From: Trichodelitschia bisporula
Lineage: Eukaryota
Length of the DNA stretch: 64,000 nt
Direction of reading: 5' to 3'
Assembly (NCBI GenBank): GCA_010356995.1
Contig: ML996698.1
Span: 741,923 to 805,922, forward strand
The position numbers were made by a program, and so were the translations under genes. The notes below the pieces were generated by a model. It made no database searches, was not told where the DNA came from, and worked only from the letters and a program-made list of their open reading frames with translations. Below are positions 58,905 through 64,000 of this stretch, in pieces (position 1 is the first letter of the stretch; every line of letters starts with the position of its first letter).

Positions 58905-61889
58905 ATGTCCGCCGCTCCATCTCCACCTCCTCTCCCTCTCTCCGACACTCTCACCCATCCCGTCCCCTCATCATCCCATCATCCCCGCTCAATCACCGCT
59001 CCTTCACACCCGCCAGACTCTCCCACATCTGGCCTTTCCTCCGCCGCCGACGATAGCGACGCTGACGCCGTCTCCACCGATCTCCCGCCCACCACTCCAT
59101 CAGCAGACCACGCGGCTCGGGCGCTAACCTCCACCTCCACCCATCCCACCGCCCATCCCATTCCCGCACCGCAATCCGCACCCGCGCTCGGTCCACAGCA
59201 TCAGCGACGCCTATCTCGCCGCTTCCCCTCACTCCTCGCCCGCATCTCCTCCTCCACGCAAGGAGGCACCACCAAATCCGCGCCCTCGTCACTCACGCGC
59301 TCGCTCACCAAGCACAATCACCCCGCATCATACTCCCAGTCCGATTCTACACGCGAGCGCTCCGGCCGACGAAGCGGAGCCAGGTTCGGCGACGAAGAGC
59401 CGCGTCCCGTAGCCCATTTGCAAGCAGAGGCGCGCGCGCGGGTTCCCAGCGACGCGCACGGAACGTGGGATTCGAAGCGCAATTCCCGGCGGAGGTCGTC
59501 GATTGTCAATCCGCTGGACACTGGGCGGAATAGTAGGGTGCTTCGCGACGACGAGAGTAGTGCTGCCGAACGAGAGCGCAAGATGCATCAGACTTCGTCG
59601 AGGTTGTTGCGGATGACGGACGATGAGCGGCCGTATACGAGGGTACGTTTAATTTACATTTACACTAGTTTTTTGCTTGCGTTTCTTTCTATTTTGCATG
59701 GTGGCGCGGCAATTTGGAGGTTGGTGTTGTGTAGCGCGCGAGACATGCTGGATTCCGCAACACCAACATAAAGCCTGCAGATACGCGGTGTTTTGCGGGA
59801 ACCAGCAGGACTCATGCAGCTGAGTGCCGTTGACACTGCGCCCGCATTGTTCCCGATTACCGTTCCCTCTGCTTTTCCGGGGTCTTGTTTGTACTGCGTG
59901 TCCGGGGGGTGGCTGTAAGTGGGCGTGTATCTGGTGTGGGTGTGTTGCGGTCCTCGCGATCGTGAGACGTCACTTCGGGCCATGATGGGACTGAACGAGG
60001 CCTTGGACTCCCAATGGGAACTTCCATACCTGCAGCCGCCCATGACTTCACTTTCTCTTTATCCCTTTTCCCCCCGATCGTCGTCTCTGCCTCCTTCTCG
60101 TCCACCCCCGTCTCTATCGAGCTTTGCCACCTCTCTCAAGTCCCCCGTATCACATTCCCCTCATTCTGCACAATGTGCTTCTACTTCGACAAGCTTGACC
60201 TCGATGTATGCCCCGCGAAGCCATTCGCTTCTACATCCTCTCTCTCGTTGTGCCCGCGTAGAGCGGACGGGCCCCGTGAGGCCGATGTAGAGCGGCCAGG
60301 AACCATTGTTCATACCAACTTCACCCTTGATAAGACGCTGACGCCCCTCACCCCACAGGACTTCAAGGACCTCTTCTCGACGCTCATGGTCAGTCTACCG
60401 CTGACACCGCACCGCGTACGCTTCCAACGCATCGACCACACCTTCACATCCGAAGAAGCGGTGACGAACCTGGGCTCGCTCAAGTTCTCGCAATCGAACC
60501 GCATGCCCGATCCCAAAGACCCATCCCGCATCGTCACCACCACCACAACCACCACCTTCTCCATGGCCAAGGAAATGGCCCGCTCCGTGTGCACCAAGTT
60601 CCTCGACGCGCGCTTCATCGAGAGCGTCGACGGCAAGAGCGATTTCTCATCCCGCAGCGCCGTCTGGCAGCTCACGCCCAAGGGCATGAACATCCTGCAG
60701 TCCTTTTGCCAGCGCAACGGCATCAACCAGCGGCACGTCTTTGAGCTGCTCGCCTCGCCGCGCAACACCATGAACCTGGTGCTGCTGGAGCGCGAGCCTG
60801 ACGGCGACAAAATCCACCGCGACCAAGCAACCATTGAAGTCGTATTCCGGCGCTTCGCCGGCGCCGAGCCCAACGTGAAATACAGCACCGCGAACTCAGA
60901 CTCAGACTCGCTCTCCGAGTACCAGACAGGCATGATAGGCGTCAAAATGGCCAAGGAGCGTAAAATGGGCGACAAAACGCACCACAACACCTTCACGGGC
61001 AAGGCCTGCGTCGACTGGCTCATGGACTGCTGCACCGTCGTCGACCGCCGCGAGACCCACGATCTGGCCCAGCTCTTCTGCGACTACGGCCTCATGCAGC
61101 CGATTGAAACCTTCGGCACCAGCGCGCCCACGCGCTTCTCACCCCTCAAGAGCGCCATCTACGCCATCACCGAGAAAGGGCAGCGCGTTGCGGGCTGGAT
61201 CGCCTCACCAAAGCCCCCTATGCAACTCAACGGTGACGCCTCCGCGCTCAACGGCCGGCCCCGCGAGGGCGCAACCCGCGACTCCAACACCGGGCGCATG
61301 ACCATCATCATCCGCGACCCGGCACTGCGTCTCCTGTTCCGCGAATTCCTGCGCGACACCCACTGCGAGGAGAATCTATCCTTCTTCCTCGACGTCAAGG
61401 ACTTCCTGGCCAACTACACGGCCGCGAAGAAAGAGTCCGCAACGCCGCGCCTGGAAGTCATCCGCGAGACCCTGGCAGCAGCATACAGTCCGTCATCCCC
61501 CTTTCCTTCTCAAACCCTCAAGCTAATGTGACCCAGGCCTATACAACGCCTTCCTCGCCCCGGGCTCCCCATGCGAACTCAACATCGACCACACCCTACG
61601 CACCTCCCTCGCCGCACGCATGACCCGCGCCGTCGGCGACGACGAAGCCATGATCAAGTCCCTCGACGAAGTCGCCACGCTCTTCGACCAGGCGCAGAAC
61701 TCAGTCTTCAAGCTCATGGCCAGCGTAAGCCCGGTTCCTCCCCTCACCAAACCTTACCCTGACTAACTCCCGCAGGACTCGGTCCCCAAGTTCATGCGCG
61801 AACAGAAGTATGCATCTATTATCCGTGAGCGTGGCCTGGATGTTGCCCTTAGTGCGCCGCATATTGCCCCGCCGCAGACGGTCGATTAG
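58905..61889 (+). CDS. flbA: Regulator of G-protein signalling with DEP-DEP-RGS domains (FlbA/Sst2 type)
   Basis: MHQTSSRLLRMTDDERPYTR-DFKDLF, LKFSQSNRMPDPKDPSRIVTTTTTTTFSM, FTGKACVDWL, DPALRLLFREFL...CEENLSF, FLAPGSPCELNID and DSVPKF. Introns 59643-60358, 61488-61536 and 61725-61775. Confidence 0.97.
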
Positions 61890-63820
61890 CCTCCGCGCTA
61901 GGGGTCGAGTGGCGAGTGCGCGGTGCGGGCCGTCCCGTGCACAGCAACTTTGCCACGCATCTTCTCTCCACGTGTGTTGGATGCCGGCTTTCCAGGTCGC
62001 CGCGTGCCCTCCGTGTTGCGCGGCGCCACTGCAGCGTCTTCCCCGTCCTCTGCCCTCGGCCTGGAGAATGGCGCTTTGGTCCCCTTCCCCTCCCGGGATG
62101 TGACGTTCCTTGTGTCGGTAGTATGCGGGCTTCGTCCTGCTAGGCTGGGGTGTTTTGTAAAAGGCAGGTGGGCAAGACGGTGGTTACCATGACGGGTGTT
62201 AGGTAGCGGGTAATAAGGAGGAAAAAGGGAGGGAGGGCATGAAGCTGCATATGCACCTAGACTGGCGTTTTCTTTTGGTTTCTGGAGGATCTATTGTACT
62301 GCACGTGCCACGTGCGCGGGAATATGTATGTGTTGGTTGTAGCGTGTAGGACTGTGCTGGATGGTTAGGATTACGGCTAGGGATGCGTATATAAAATGTC
62401 TTGGATGCGTGGATACTTGGTTTTTGTCGTGGAGTTTGGTCAATTGTGATTCTCCCCATTGTTAACATGCTGATCTGCCCCGCTAGACTGGCGAAGAAGA
62501 GCTCGTGGCGATTCGGCTGTGATCTCACGATCGGCGGATCTGAGCCAGGATACGGCACACAGGCATCACATCTGCGTCCGGCGAGCGGGAGGGATATGCC
62601 GCCACGTTCATGTTCCATATCTGGACAGTTAGGTCACAACCGCAATGCCACCATCGCGTTCAGCCTACCCGAAGGTACCCGGTGATCCACTGGAATTCGC
62701 TTGCGCTCTCACAACCAAGGGGATTCCCTCTCGGTTCGCGTATTCCTCTTGCCGAGCAGCTGGAGCCGATAGGTTTGCGAAGTAGGCTTCTTACGCCACG
62801 AGGGGTCCGATTCCCACTTGCTGGTAGTGGGGATCATGCGCCGTGAGGCCGAGAGACTGCAGACACGAACCGAGAGCCTCATTCACTCCGCTTGCCTCGT
62901 CTCCCGGAATCGACATGTCTACAATAGAGGGCACGAAGAGAAGATCAGTATCCTCGCAAAATGCGGACCAAGTCCCCAGATAGTACTCCCGGACTTCACA
63001 ACTCCCGCTCGAAGGCACTTGACCGTCCTTGCATCGCTCTGGAGCCTTGCTACGAGGCAGTTCACAGTCCGGGATGTCCGAGTGCCGTTGCCCGTGGCCG
63101 ACCGTCAAATTCCGATGTTGGTCCGTTAAATGTTCATAATTTACCTCCCCCGTATAAACTCCGCCGACGTGCCTCGTTCCTGCCTCGTCTTACCCCTTTC
63201 CTGGAACCTGTACCACGAGGGGTTAGACTTCGCCCACTCCATGTGGGTAAGGAAGGAGCAAAGGAGGATTCTTGGCATCGTATATTTAAATCTCGACAGT
63301 CTCTTCTTCTCTTCCCCTCATCGTCTTTTACTTCAATCTTCAGTTTACACGGATGTTTTGCCTGTGTACGAACCTTGCTCCCATCACCATTATGGGGACC
63401 AGATCTCGCAAGGTAATATGTTTCGGCTGATGGGCGCTGGCGACGAACACCGCATTGGAAAGAGCTCGAGAGGCACATGCCTGATGTAACTACATAACCA
63501 TACTCCTGCGTAGCGAATGTCAACAATCCGACAGCCTTGCCGGTCATCGTCCGGTCCCCACGGCTAGCCCAGACCGGACCTTGTGTACTATCAACATGGA
63601 GGGTGCGGGCGAAATGGTCCCGCACGGCATTGGGACACTCCTTGTTCGGGCCGCGCGTTTCTTCGGAATACGCCGTCAATACACCGGTCTTCCACACGGA
63701 TACCCCTTCCTCAAAGAACCGTAAAGATTGACCCCCACCAACTATCCCATCCGCCCAAATCTAGCAAAGAACAGACCCTCGTCAGCGCATAACAATCCAA
63801 TCTCAACGCCAACTCAGCGC

Positions 63821-64000
63821 TCAATCACCACCTGGATCATTCACGTCTCCCCCGTCCGCGGCTCCCGGTGAGTCATCCACAGCGGCTACCGGAGGGTCGA
63901 CGACATTATCTTCCCGCGTGGCCCTTGCCCGCATCCTCCTCAGCAACCCCATGGGTTTCGGTGCCTGATCTGCAGCCGTTGCCGGAGTGGATGTACCAGT
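63821..64000 (-). CDS. Probable 3' end of a gene continuing beyond the window
   Basis: Open frame from the window edge (TGTSTPATAADQAPKPMGLL...VNDPGGD*) with a G-rich sense strand like other gene ends here. Confidence 0.3.
   Translation of the reverse strand, partial: TGTSTPATAADQAPKPMGLLRRMRARATREDNVVDPPVAAVDDSPGAADGGDVNDPGGD

Noticed and set aside
62700..63750. Scattered ORFs of 100-187 aa near the window end
   Set aside because: No consistent frame, motif or splice model could be built, so I left the region unannotated.

Overview
Gene-dense, GC-rich genomic DNA from a filamentous ascomycete (Pezizomycotina). It has short GT-AG introns with CTRAC branch sites and intron-containing tRNAs; the species cannot be determined from sequence alone. 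Recognisable genes in order: a coiled-coil hypothetical protein, RPS23, an SFM1-like SPOUT methyltransferase, endosulfine (Igo1/2-like), MYG1, ICE2, an SDR oxidoreductase, a SepH/Cdc15-type kinase, tRNA-Phe(GAA), a frameshifted conserved-hypothetical gene, NUP133, a divergent pair of secreted proteases (GPI-type aspartic protease and subtilisin), an MDR oxidoreductase cut by a 235-N gap, RNR1 with a triple MCB promoter, casein kinase I (Yck/Cki type), an AT-hook protein, SKI8/REC14, the divergent pair MRPL32-CDC10 septin, tRNA-Gly(GCC) and an FlbA/Sst2-type RGS gene. This is mostly core genome, and I see no intact transposon, CRISPR array or biosynthetic cluster. The best leads are a HEPN-like RxxxxH ORF next to MYG1 whose spliced upstream exon is cut off by two in-frame TGA codons, a possible alternative N-terminus inside the long RGS intron, and a structured 5'-UTR intron in RPS23. 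Also notable are a tandemly duplicated SKI8 promoter, two copies of a solo-LTR/MITE-like repeat flanking the MDR-RNR1 block, and a C-rich to G-rich skew switch along many genes. All exon models are by eye and are not supported by transcript data.
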